From contig JBARBF010000042.1 in assembly GCA_049792755.1 (NCBI GenBank), positions 14,999 through 78,998 on the forward strand: 64,000 nucleotides of DNA. The letters are read 5' to 3'. The position numbers and the translations under genes are program-made. Each line of letters begins with the position of its first letter. Position 1 is the stretch's first letter. The notes under the pieces were generated by a model. That model saw nothing but the letters and a program-made list of their open reading frames with translations. It was not told the DNA's origin and did no database searches. Source of the stretch: Bacteroidales bacterium (GTDB taxonomy: Bacteria; Bacteroidota; Bacteroidia; Bacteroidales; VadinHA17). Positions 8,797 through 16,823 of the stretch are shown here, one piece after another.

Positions 8797-10305
8797 CTAT
8801 TTGCTTAACAGAGTAATACCTTTGTCAATACGTCTGAGGGTCTCTTCTTTTCCTAACCAGCTTATAATATCAAACATATGAGGGCCTCTTAAGGAGCCAA
8901 CGATCACAAGTCTGAATGCGTTCATTATTGCGCCGGTGTTATAGCCATTTTTCTCAATCCAGGTCTTAATTACCGGTTCAGTTGCAGCAGGGGAGAAATC
9001 AGACATTTTCTCAAGCAGAGACCTTAATTCCGTAATAAGAACAGCAGAATCCTCTTTCCAACGTTTATTTACAGCTTCCTGATCATAAGTTTCCGGGGCT
9101 TTAAAAAAGAAATCTGTCTGTTCCCAGAAATCTTTAACAAAACTTACCCTCTCTTTGACAAGTCCTATAAGTGTCTCAAGTCTTATAATATCAACATGAT
9201 ATCCTTGTGCTCTCAGAAATTCTCTGAATTCCAGGGCGAGATGATTATTTGTTTTATTTTGAAGATATTGGTGATTAAACCATTTTGCCTTTTCAGGGTC
9301 AAAACGGGAACCCGATTTGCCAACTCTGTCAATTGAAAAAGCATTTATCAGCTCATCCATAGAAAATATTTCCTGCTCGGTTCCTGGATTCCAGCCCAGC
9401 AATGCAAGCATATTAATAAAGGCTTCTGGATAATATCCATCCTCGCGATAACCCTTTGCTGTTTCTCCATATGGCCAGAAGAGAGGAAATACAGGGAATC
9501 CCATTTTATCCCCATCACGTTTACTTAATTTACCTTTTCCATCGGGTTTCAGCAGCAATGGCAGGTGGGCAAAAAGAGGCGGTGTCCAGCCGAAAGATCT
9601 GTACAACAAAACATGAAGTGGCAATGAAGGGAGCCATTCTTCTCCTCTGATTACATGGCTGATCTTCATCAGATGGTCATCAACTATATGTGCAAGGTGA
9701 TAAGTCGGCATGCCGTCTGATTTGAACAAAACCTTATCATCGAGAGTCCTGGTATTTACCACAATATGCCCCCTGATAAGATCATCAAAGTGAATATCCT
9801 CATTATGCGGCATTCTATACCTTATAACATAAGGTTCTCCTTTATCGAGTTTCTCTCTCCATTCAGACTCCTTTAATGAGACTGAGTTAATCAGTTTTTC
9901 CCTTACTTCATCATTATAAATAAAAGTTTTTCCAACTTTTTCTGATTCGGTTCTCAGAGTTTCAAGTTTTTCGGGAGTATCAAATGCATAATATGCATGG
10001 CCTTTATCAATAAGGATATCAGCATATTGCCTGTATACTGTTTTCTTATCACTCTGCCGGTACGGACCATAATTTCCTCCTTCCCTGATTCCTTCATCAA
10101 CAACTATTCCGCACCATTCAAGAGATTCCATTATATATTCTTCGGCACCCGCAACGTATCTTGCCTGATCCGTATCTTCGATCCTTAAGATAAAAGTTCC
10201 TCCGTTCTTTTTTGCGAAAAGGTAATTATACAGAGCTGTTCTTACTCCTCCTATATGCAAAGGGCCCGTGGGACTTGGGGCAAAACGTACTCGTACTTGT
10301 TCCAT
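8797..10305 (-). CDS. gltX: glutamate--tRNA ligase
   Basis: 502 aa with HIGH-type PTGPLHIGGVRTAL and KMSKS-type KLSKR motifs. Architecture is that of a full-length GluRS. Confidence 0.95.
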   Translation of the reverse strand: MEQVRVRFAPSPTGPLHIGGVRTALYNYLFAKKNGGTFILRIEDTDQARYVAGAEEYIMESLEWCGIVVDEGIREGGNYGPYRQSDKKTVYRQYADILIDKGHAYYAFDTPEKLETLRTESEKVGKTFIYNDEVREKLINSVSLKESEWREKLDKGEPYVIRYRMPHNEDIHFDDLIRGHIVVNTRTLDDKVLFKSDGMPTYHLAHIVDDHLMKISHVIRGEEWLPSLPLHVLLYRSFGWTPPLFAHLPLLLKPDGKGKLSKRDGDKMGFPVFPLFWPYGETAKGYREDGYYPEAFINMLALLGWNPGTEQEIFSMDELINAFSIDRVGKSGSRFDPEKAKWFNHQYLQNKTNNHLALEFREFLRAQGYHVDIIRLETLIGLVKERVSFVKDFWEQTDFFFKAPETYDQEAVNKRWKEDSAVLITELRSLLEKMSDFSPAATEPVIKTWIEKNGYNTGAIMNAFRLVIVGSLRGPHMFDIISWLGKEETLRRIDKGITLLSK

Positions 10306-10431
10306 TTTAAGATTAAATCGGTAATTGTAATTGCAAATATAGACAAACCCGATTACATATAATACTATAACGAAAATCAGGTTTTAAATGATGGATTTGT
10401 AGTAATTTAGCAGCGATAAAATTATCACTTT

Positions 10432-11466
10432 ATGATGAAGATGAAAGCGTTGGTAAAAGCGAGACCCGGGAAGGGTTTATGGATGCAGGATGTACCGGTT
10501 CCTGAACCGGGCCTTAATGATGTCATTATCAAGGTGAAAAAATCAGCTATTTGTGGCACTGATCTCCATATTTATGAATGGGATCCCTGGTCGCAAAAAA
10601 CTATATGCACTCCAATGGTCATTGGTCATGAGTACATGGGATATATCGAAAAAATGGGTGCCGGAGTTACGAACCTTAAAATTGGTGAAAGAGTTACCGG
10701 GGAAGGCCATCTTGCCTGCGGTCATTGCCGTAACTGTCGCCGCGGAAAAGAGCATGTATGTGAAAACACTGTGGGAATTGGTATTCATATCGATGGATCT
10801 TTCGCAGAATATGTAAAAGTGCCAGCTGTAAATGTTATTCCGCTTGATCACAGGATCCCAGACGAATGGGCAGCAATTATGGACCCATTCGGAAATGCAA
10901 CTCATACAGCTTTATCGTTTCCTTTGATAGGTGAAGATGTCCTGATTACCGGATCGGGTCTGATTGGCAGTATGGCCGTTGCGATTGCGAGGTTTGCCGG
11001 TGCAAGATTTATTGTTGCCAGCGACCTTAGTGATTCCCGTCTTGATATTGCCAAAAAAATGGGAGCCACTCTTACTGTTAATCCATCAAAAGGAGAAAAA
11101 ATTTCGGATGCAGTTAAAAAGCTGGGTATGAGAGGATTTGATATTGGCCTGGAAATGTCAGGATCTCCGAAAGCTTTCGTGGAAATGCTTAATAATATGT
11201 ATAATGGTTCAAGTATCTCATTACTTGGAATACTTCCGTCAAACTTCGAGGTTCCGTGGAGCGATATCATTTTCAAAGCAATAACCTTAAAAGGTATTTA
11301 TGGCCGTGAGATGTGGGAAACATGGTACAAGATGGAACAAATGATTATAGGCGGTATAGACTTAAATCCTGTTATAACACATCGTTTTCCTATAGATGAT
11401 TTTCAGAAAGGATTTGATGAGATGGAAAAAGGCAACTGCGGAAAAGTAATATTAAACTGGGATTAA
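10432..11466 (+). CDS. tdh: L-threonine 3-dehydrogenase
   Basis: Zn-dependent ADH fold (CGTDLHIY, GHEYMG). The N-terminal MKALVK...WMQDVPVPEPG pattern matches enterobacterial Tdh. The probable true start is the ATG at 10441. Confidence 0.9.
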   Translation: MMKMKALVKARPGKGLWMQDVPVPEPGLNDVIIKVKKSAICGTDLHIYEWDPWSQKTICTPMVIGHEYMGYIEKMGAGVTNLKIGERVTGEGHLACGHCRNCRRGKEHVCENTVGIGIHIDGSFAEYVKVPAVNVIPLDHRIPDEWAAIMDPFGNATHTALSFPLIGEDVLITGSGLIGSMAVAIARFAGARFIVASDLSDSRLDIAKKMGATLTVNPSKGEKISDAVKKLGMRGFDIGLEMSGSPKAFVEMLNNMYNGSSISLLGILPSNFEVPWSDIIFKAITLKGIYGREMWETWYKMEQMIIGGIDLNPVITHRFPIDDFQKGFDEMEKGNCGKVILNWD

Positions 11467-11477
11467 CTAATAATAAT

Positions 11478-11568
11478 CCTTTGAGTTACCTGGTGTTTAC
11501 ATTGTGTTCCTTAGTGGTAAAAAATTGAACCACAAAGAGCACAAAGGAATTCCCAAAGGCTCACAAAG
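11478..11568 (+). repeat. dispersed intergenic repeat, family 2 (CACAAAG heptamers around a hairpin)
   Basis: cctttgagtt...ggtaaaaaattgaaCCACAAAGagCACAAAGgaattc...CACAAAG aligns with 23275-23346. Confidence 0.75.
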
Positions 11569-11583
11569 TAAAGAAATAAGAAT

Positions 11584-12774
11584 ATGTATAAAGATTATCA
11601 GACGCATCTGGAAAAAATAATTGAAGAAATAAAAGAAGCCGGTTTATACAAGAATGAACGTATAATCGTATCACCGCAGGGTGCGGAAATTGAACTGAAC
11701 ACCGGGCAGAAAGTACTGAATTTCTGTGCCAATAATTACCTTGGGCTTTCTAATGACAAGTCACTTATTGAAGCAGCGAAAGCATCTCTCGATGATCATG
11801 GCTATGGAATGTCGTCGGTAAGATTTATTTGCGGCACAACAGATCTCCATAAAGATCTTGAGAGAAAAATTGCCGGATTTTTCGGAACAGAAGATACTAT
11901 TCTTTACGCAGCCTGTTTTGATGCAAATGGTGGAGTTTTTGAACCTCTTCTGAATGAAGAGGATGCAATTATTTCCGATTCGCTGAATCATGCTTCGATT
12001 ATTGATGGTGTACGTCTTTGCAAGGCTCAACGCTACAGATATGAAAACGCTGATATGACAGATCTCGAAAAACAACTACAACTAGCTCATAATCAGAGAT
12101 TCAGACTTATTGTAACTGATGGAGTATTCTCGATGGACGGCAATGTGGCACCTCTTGACAAGATTGTTGAGCTGGCAAATAAATACAATGCCATGGTTAT
12201 GGTTGATGAATCACACTCAGCTGGAGTAGTAGGAAAAACAGGAAGAGGAGTTACCGAACTCTTTAATATTACCGGAAAAGTTGAAATAATTACAGGCACA
12301 CTTGGAAAAGCCTTCGGTGGAGCTATTGGCGGATTCACAACAGGTAAAAAAGAGATAATTGAGATTCTTAGACAAAGGTCTCGTCCCTATCTTTTTTCAA
12401 ATTCCATACCACCTATGGTAGCTGCAGCCGGGATCAGAATGATTGAAATGATGACAGAAACAAATGTTCTTCAGGATAAACTTCATTATAATGCTAAATA
12501 CTTCATTGCCTGCATGAAAAAAATGGGATTCGATATAAAACCAACTAAATCAGCTATTTGTGCAGTTATGTTATATGATGCAAGATTATCTCAGGACTTT
12601 GCATCGAGGCTGCTTAAAGAGGGCATCTATGTTATCGGATTCTATTTCCCGGTAGTTGCAAAAGGAGAGGCAAGAATAAGGGTTCAGCTCTCTGCAGCTC
12701 ATGAAAAGGAACACTTGGATAAGGCGATCAGGGCTTTTGGGAAGATAGGCAGACAACTCGGTGTAATAAGATAA
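11584..12774 (+). CDS. kbl: glycine C-acetyltransferase (2-amino-3-ketobutyrate CoA ligase)
   Basis: 396-aa PLP enzyme with SMDGNVAPL and the TLGKAFGG lysine motif. It lies directly downstream of tdh. Confidence 0.9.
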   Translation: MYKDYQTHLEKIIEEIKEAGLYKNERIIVSPQGAEIELNTGQKVLNFCANNYLGLSNDKSLIEAAKASLDDHGYGMSSVRFICGTTDLHKDLERKIAGFFGTEDTILYAACFDANGGVFEPLLNEEDAIISDSLNHASIIDGVRLCKAQRYRYENADMTDLEKQLQLAHNQRFRLIVTDGVFSMDGNVAPLDKIVELANKYNAMVMVDESHSAGVVGKTGRGVTELFNITGKVEIITGTLGKAFGGAIGGFTTGKKEIIEILRQRSRPYLFSNSIPPMVAAAGIRMIEMMTETNVLQDKLHYNAKYFIACMKKMGFDIKPTKSAICAVMLYDARLSQDFASRLLKEGIYVIGFYFPVVAKGEARIRVQLSAAHEKEHLDKAIRAFGKIGRQLGVIR

Positions 12775-13658
12775 TGAATAAGTATCTTTTCCAAATATAT
12801 CGCATCGTGGTTCCCAAGCCATTGAGAGTTATTATCCTGAAGAAAACGTTCCGGAATAAAATTCTGAGACATTTTGCCTCTTTGCCCGGAAATGAGGTTA
12901 ATGATGAGCAGAAAGAAGTACTGCAATACCTTAAACACAACGAGCTCAGGATTTTTCCCTATCACTTTCATAACAATTATTCCCCTGAAAAGATTGAAGT
13001 GATGTACGATAGCGGAAATAGTATGCGATATGTGTTACAGGAAGGGAAGAGGCTGTATTTTAAAAAACGATGGAAGGAGGCAAGGATAAAAAAGGCCTAT
13101 TGCGAGCTTTTAAGGGAACAGGATCCGGACAGCCCTCACAGGTATCTGACAGATTCGTTTACTATTGGAAAAGATGACGTTTTAGCTGATATCGGAGCTG
13201 CCGAAGGAAACTTTTCCCTGGCGGTAATTGAAAAGATCAGGAAGGTTTATATGTTTGAATATGACCCTGAGTGGATCGAAGCACTCAGGGCTACATTTGC
13301 TCCATGGTCAGACAAAGTTGAGATTATTAATAAGTATGTATCTGATCGCGATGATAACTCACATGCCAGATTTGATACTTTTTTTAAAATCAGGGAGGAT
13401 ATTACCTTTCTGAAAATTGATGTTGACGGCGCTGAATCGGTTGTTTTAAAAAGTTGTGATGAAGTATTCAACACAGATAAGCCCTTCAAATTAGCCCTCT
13501 GTACATATCATAAAAATGATGATGAAAAAGATTTTGCTTTATTACTGAATGGTTATGGATTCAGGATAACACCTTCTAAAGGATATATGATCCATTATTA
13601 TGATAAAAAAATGAAAGCGCCGTATCTGAGGAGAGGGCTGATCAGAGCTGTAAGATAA
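12774..13658 (+). CDS. FkbM family SAM-dependent methyltransferase
   Basis: 294 aa with a DIGAAEGNFS SAM loop and the FLKIDVDGAE motif of Methyltransf_21/FkbM. Its ATG shares 1 nt with the kbl stop codon. Confidence 0.6.
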   Translation: MNKYLFQIYRIVVPKPLRVIILKKTFRNKILRHFASLPGNEVNDEQKEVLQYLKHNELRIFPYHFHNNYSPEKIEVMYDSGNSMRYVLQEGKRLYFKKRWKEARIKKAYCELLREQDPDSPHRYLTDSFTIGKDDVLADIGAAEGNFSLAVIEKIRKVYMFEYDPEWIEALRATFAPWSDKVEIINKYVSDRDDNSHARFDTFFKIREDITFLKIDVDGAESVVLKSCDEVFNTDKPFKLALCTYHKNDDEKDFALLLNGYGFRITPSKGYMIHYYDKKMKAPYLRRGLIRAVR

Positions 13659-13660
13659 AG

Positions 13661-13770
13661 GAACAACGAAGTAAGAACATTTGAACCAACGAATTAAGAA
13701 TGCAGAAGTGATCTTGGCAGGAAAAAAATTCTGACTTCTGATTTCGTTTGTTCTATTGTTCAATTGTTCA
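13661..13770 (+). repeat. ~100-nt imperfect-palindrome element, family 3 (MITE/REP-like), directly after a stop codon
   Basis: By eye it aligns at roughly 85 percent identity with the reverse complement of 27743-27844. The internal arms pair (cagaagt/acttctg, aacgaa/ttcgtt). Confidence 0.8.
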
Positions 13771-13798
13771 ATAAAAAAGGGTGCTCGTGAAAGCACCC
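13771..13798 (-). terminator. Rho-independent terminator of nrdJ
   Basis: On the minus strand, the hairpin GGGTGCT-ttcacg-AGCACCC is followed by TTTTTTATT, about 50 nt after the nrdJ stop. Confidence 0.7.
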
Positions 13799-13845
13799 CG
13801 CTGATATATGATAATTCCCAAAACACGGGACCCCATATTAAAATT

Positions 13846-16479
13846 TTAACCGCATTTGGATGATCCGCAATCTTTGCATATCAGACATCCCTCTTCGTAG
13901 ACAAGGTTGTCTGAACCGCATTCACCGCATTTGCCTTTTGCCTTTGTTCCGTTTGGTATGTATTTTTTCAAAGCTCTCTCAACTCCATTCTTCCAGTTAT
14001 TAATCGACTCACTGTCGAGCTTTAAAGATGTTACAAGATTAACCACATCCTGAATTGGCATCTCATGTCTTAAAACACCTGAAATCAGTTTTGCATAATT
14101 CCAGAATTCCGGCTTGAACATGTGAGATAAACCTCCCATAGTTTTCTTATAGCCATATTTGTCGGTATATTGAAAATCATAACGGGTATTCCCATCTTCG
14201 TCCTTTATTTTTATTATTTTGCCTTTCAGGATGCTCTTTGGAATAGGGAATATCTCTTCATCAGCTATACCGGTAAATATCTCATAAGGGCGGCTCTCTT
14301 TAAGTCCGACAAAAGCGACCCATTTTTCTTCATTTATATTAAACCTGATAACATCACAATCAAGAACTTTTGGACGTTTTGGTCTTTCAGGCCGTGCTTC
14401 TGTTTTTCCTGCGATAAGGATACCGTTCCTCGATCCATCGCGGTATACTGTAGCTCCCTTGCATCCCGATTTCCAGGCTGTAAGATAAAGCTCACTGACA
14501 AGTTCTTCTTTTGCCTCGGCGGGAAGGTTTATAGTAACGCTTATTGAATGGTCAACCCATTTCTGAATTGCACCCTGCATTTTAACCTTTGCAATCCAGT
14601 CAACATCATTTGCAGTGGCTTTATAATAGGGCGATTTTGCAATTATCGATTCAATCTCCTCGTCTCTCATTCTTGTGACTTCATCGGTATCGTAGCCGTT
14701 CAGTTTCAGCCAATCGACGAATTTATGGTGGAAAACATTAAATTCTTCCCATGAGTCGCCAACTTCATCTTTGAATGTCACCTTTACATCCAGATCATTT
14801 GGGTTAACTTTCCTTCTTCTTTTGTAAAAAGTGGAGAATATCGGTTCAATTCCGGATGTTGTCTGTGTCATAAGGCTTGTAGTGCCGGTCGGTGCAATAG
14901 TAAGAAGTGCTATATTTCTTCTGCCGAATTTAACCATGTTGTTATACATGACAGGATCGGCCTCCTTCATTCTTAAAATAAAAGGGTTGTTTTTCTCGCG
15001 TTCAGCATCATAAATTGTAAAAGCACCCCTCTCTTTTGCCAGGTATGTCGAAGCTTTATAGGCTTCAAGAGCGAGTGTTTTATGAACTTCGACTGAAAAG
15101 TATGTAGCCTCATCGCTGCCATATCTTAATCCAAGACCTGCCAGCATATCTCCTTCCGCTGTTATTCCAATTCCGGTTCTTCTTCCCTCTTCCGATTTCT
15201 TCCTGATGTTACTCCAGAGGTTTTTCTCTACATGTTTTATCTCTTCAATCTCCGGATCTGCATTTATCTTTGCAAGGATTACATCGATCTTTTCCAGTTC
15301 AAGATCAATAATATCATCCATCATTCGCTGAGCCAAACCCACATGTTCCTTGTACAAATCAAAGTCGAATTCGGACTTTTCGGTAAAAGGATTATTGACA
15401 TAGCTGTAGAGGTTAATTGCCAGTAAACGACAGCTGTCGTACGGGCATAATGGAATCTCACCGCAGGGATTTGTTGAAACTGTTGCATATCCCAGATCGC
15501 TGTAGCAATCGGGAACACTCTCTCTTATAATTGTATCCCAGAATAATACGCCCGGTTCAGCTGATTTCCATGCATTATGTATAATCTTCGTCCAGAGTTG
15601 CAATGCATCTATATCTTTTGCAAATTTCGGATTGGCAGAATTAATAGGATATTGCTGTCTGAAAAGTGTCTTATCTTCAACGGCTTTCATAAAATCGTCG
15701 GTCAGCTTAACAGAGACGTTAGCACCTGTAACTTTCCCGCTCTCAAGCTTGGCATCGATGAATTTTCCCGAATCGGGGTGTTTGATTGAGATAGAGAGCA
15801 TAAGGGCCCCTCGTCTTCCATCCTGAGCCACCTCGCGAGTTGAATTGGAATATCTTTCCATAAAAGGTACCACACCTGTGGAAGTCAGTGCACTGTTGAG
15901 CACAGGAGTTCCCTTAGGTCTGATGTGTGAAAGATCGTGACCTACGCCGCCTCGTCGTTTCATTAGTTGTACCTGCTCCTGGTCGATTTTCATAATCCCT
16001 CCGTATGAATCGGACGATCCGTCGTTACCAATCACAAAGCAGTTCGATAATGAAGCAATCTGGTAATCATTCCCTATGCCTGTCATTGGGCCTCCCTGGG
16101 GAACAATATATTTGAAATCCTTGAGAACATTGTAAATCAATTCCTCGGAAAGAGGGTTCTTATATTTCATCTCCACCCGATGTATTTCCCGGGCCAGTCT
16201 GCGATGCATGTCGTCGGGTGATTTTTCGTACAGGTTTCCGTATGAATCCTTTAAAGCATATTTGTTTGCCCATACCCTTGCAGCAAGTTCATCGCCTTTG
16301 AAATACTGTATACTTTCTTCAACAGCTTCTTCGTGAGAATAAACAACTTTCCCGTGTCCCCGGTTCTTATACATTTCAATATCTTTCCCTTTCTCTGTTT
16401 TCTGCATCTCGGGTGCTGAATTCTGGTTTTTTGCTTTTTCAGTCACAATAGCTGATTCCTGGACAAATAGCTCTTCCAT
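13846..16479 (-). CDS. nrdJ: adenosylcobalamin-dependent ribonucleoside-diphosphate reductase (class II RNR)
   Basis: 877 aa with a VSTNPCGEIPL active-site loop and a C-terminal CGECG...CLICKDCG zinc ribbon, as is typical of class II RNR. Confidence 0.85.
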   Translation of the reverse strand: MEELFVQESAIVTEKAKNQNSAPEMQKTEKGKDIEMYKNRGHGKVVYSHEEAVEESIQYFKGDELAARVWANKYALKDSYGNLYEKSPDDMHRRLAREIHRVEMKYKNPLSEELIYNVLKDFKYIVPQGGPMTGIGNDYQIASLSNCFVIGNDGSSDSYGGIMKIDQEQVQLMKRRGGVGHDLSHIRPKGTPVLNSALTSTGVVPFMERYSNSTREVAQDGRRGALMLSISIKHPDSGKFIDAKLESGKVTGANVSVKLTDDFMKAVEDKTLFRQQYPINSANPKFAKDIDALQLWTKIIHNAWKSAEPGVLFWDTIIRESVPDCYSDLGYATVSTNPCGEIPLCPYDSCRLLAINLYSYVNNPFTEKSEFDFDLYKEHVGLAQRMMDDIIDLELEKIDVILAKINADPEIEEIKHVEKNLWSNIRKKSEEGRRTGIGITAEGDMLAGLGLRYGSDEATYFSVEVHKTLALEAYKASTYLAKERGAFTIYDAEREKNNPFILRMKEADPVMYNNMVKFGRRNIALLTIAPTGTTSLMTQTTSGIEPIFSTFYKRRRKVNPNDLDVKVTFKDEVGDSWEEFNVFHHKFVDWLKLNGYDTDEVTRMRDEEIESIIAKSPYYKATANDVDWIAKVKMQGAIQKWVDHSISVTINLPAEAKEELVSELYLTAWKSGCKGATVYRDGSRNGILIAGKTEARPERPKRPKVLDCDVIRFNINEEKWVAFVGLKESRPYEIFTGIADEEIFPIPKSILKGKIIKIKDEDGNTRYDFQYTDKYGYKKTMGGLSHMFKPEFWNYAKLISGVLRHEMPIQDVVNLVTSLKLDSESINNWKNGVERALKKYIPNGTKAKGKCGECGSDNLVYEEGCLICKDCGSSKCG

Positions 16480-16770
16480 ATATTTTTGTTATTCTCTGAT
16501 TTTAATGAGATTAAACGGCCACTGATTTTTTAAGCGGGTAATTGCTAAATTAATCAAGCATACCACTTGATGCAAGAGTAAAAATTTAAGTTTATTAACA
16601 TTTGATGACATAGTTATTAACTATTATATATGTGCCTGATTATAAATTTGTTAATTAGTATCAGCCTGTCATATAAACAATTACTAAAGCCAAAAGTTCA
16701 GGCAAATATTAGGATTTAGAGTGCTGTTGTCTTATATAATATTTGTTCACGGTATTTTTAAAAATCATAA

Positions 16771-16802
16771 TAAAAAAGGGGCTGCCTGAATCCGGCATCC
16801 CC
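16771..16802 (-). terminator. Rho-independent terminator of the TonB-dependent receptor gene
   Basis: On the minus strand, the stem GGGGATGCC/GGCAGCCCC (one mismatch) is followed by TTTTTTA, about 20 nt after the stop at 16824. Confidence 0.65.
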
Positions 16803-16823
16803 TTAAAAAGAACTAAATTATAA

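Noticed and set aside
12586-12971. Three overlapping minus-strand ORFs (70-90 aa) across the kbl/FkbM junction
   Set aside because: They lie antisense to two well-supported, translationally coupled genes and have no motifs.
13542-13826. 94-aa minus-strand ORF spanning the FkbM 3' end, the family 3 repeat and the terminator
   Set aside because: It overlaps a better-supported CDS and runs through a palindromic repeat and a terminator hairpin. It has no recognisable motif.
16480-16823. NrdR box pair or cobalamin riboswitch in the 340-bp region upstream of nrdJ
   Set aside because: I looked for the 16-bp acaCwAnAtnTwGtgt palindrome. Only weak partial matches turned up (for example around 16563-16580 and 16620-16636), and they lack correct half-sites. 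No B12-box-like GC-rich core is visible either. The only supported element here is the receptor-gene terminator at 16771-16802.
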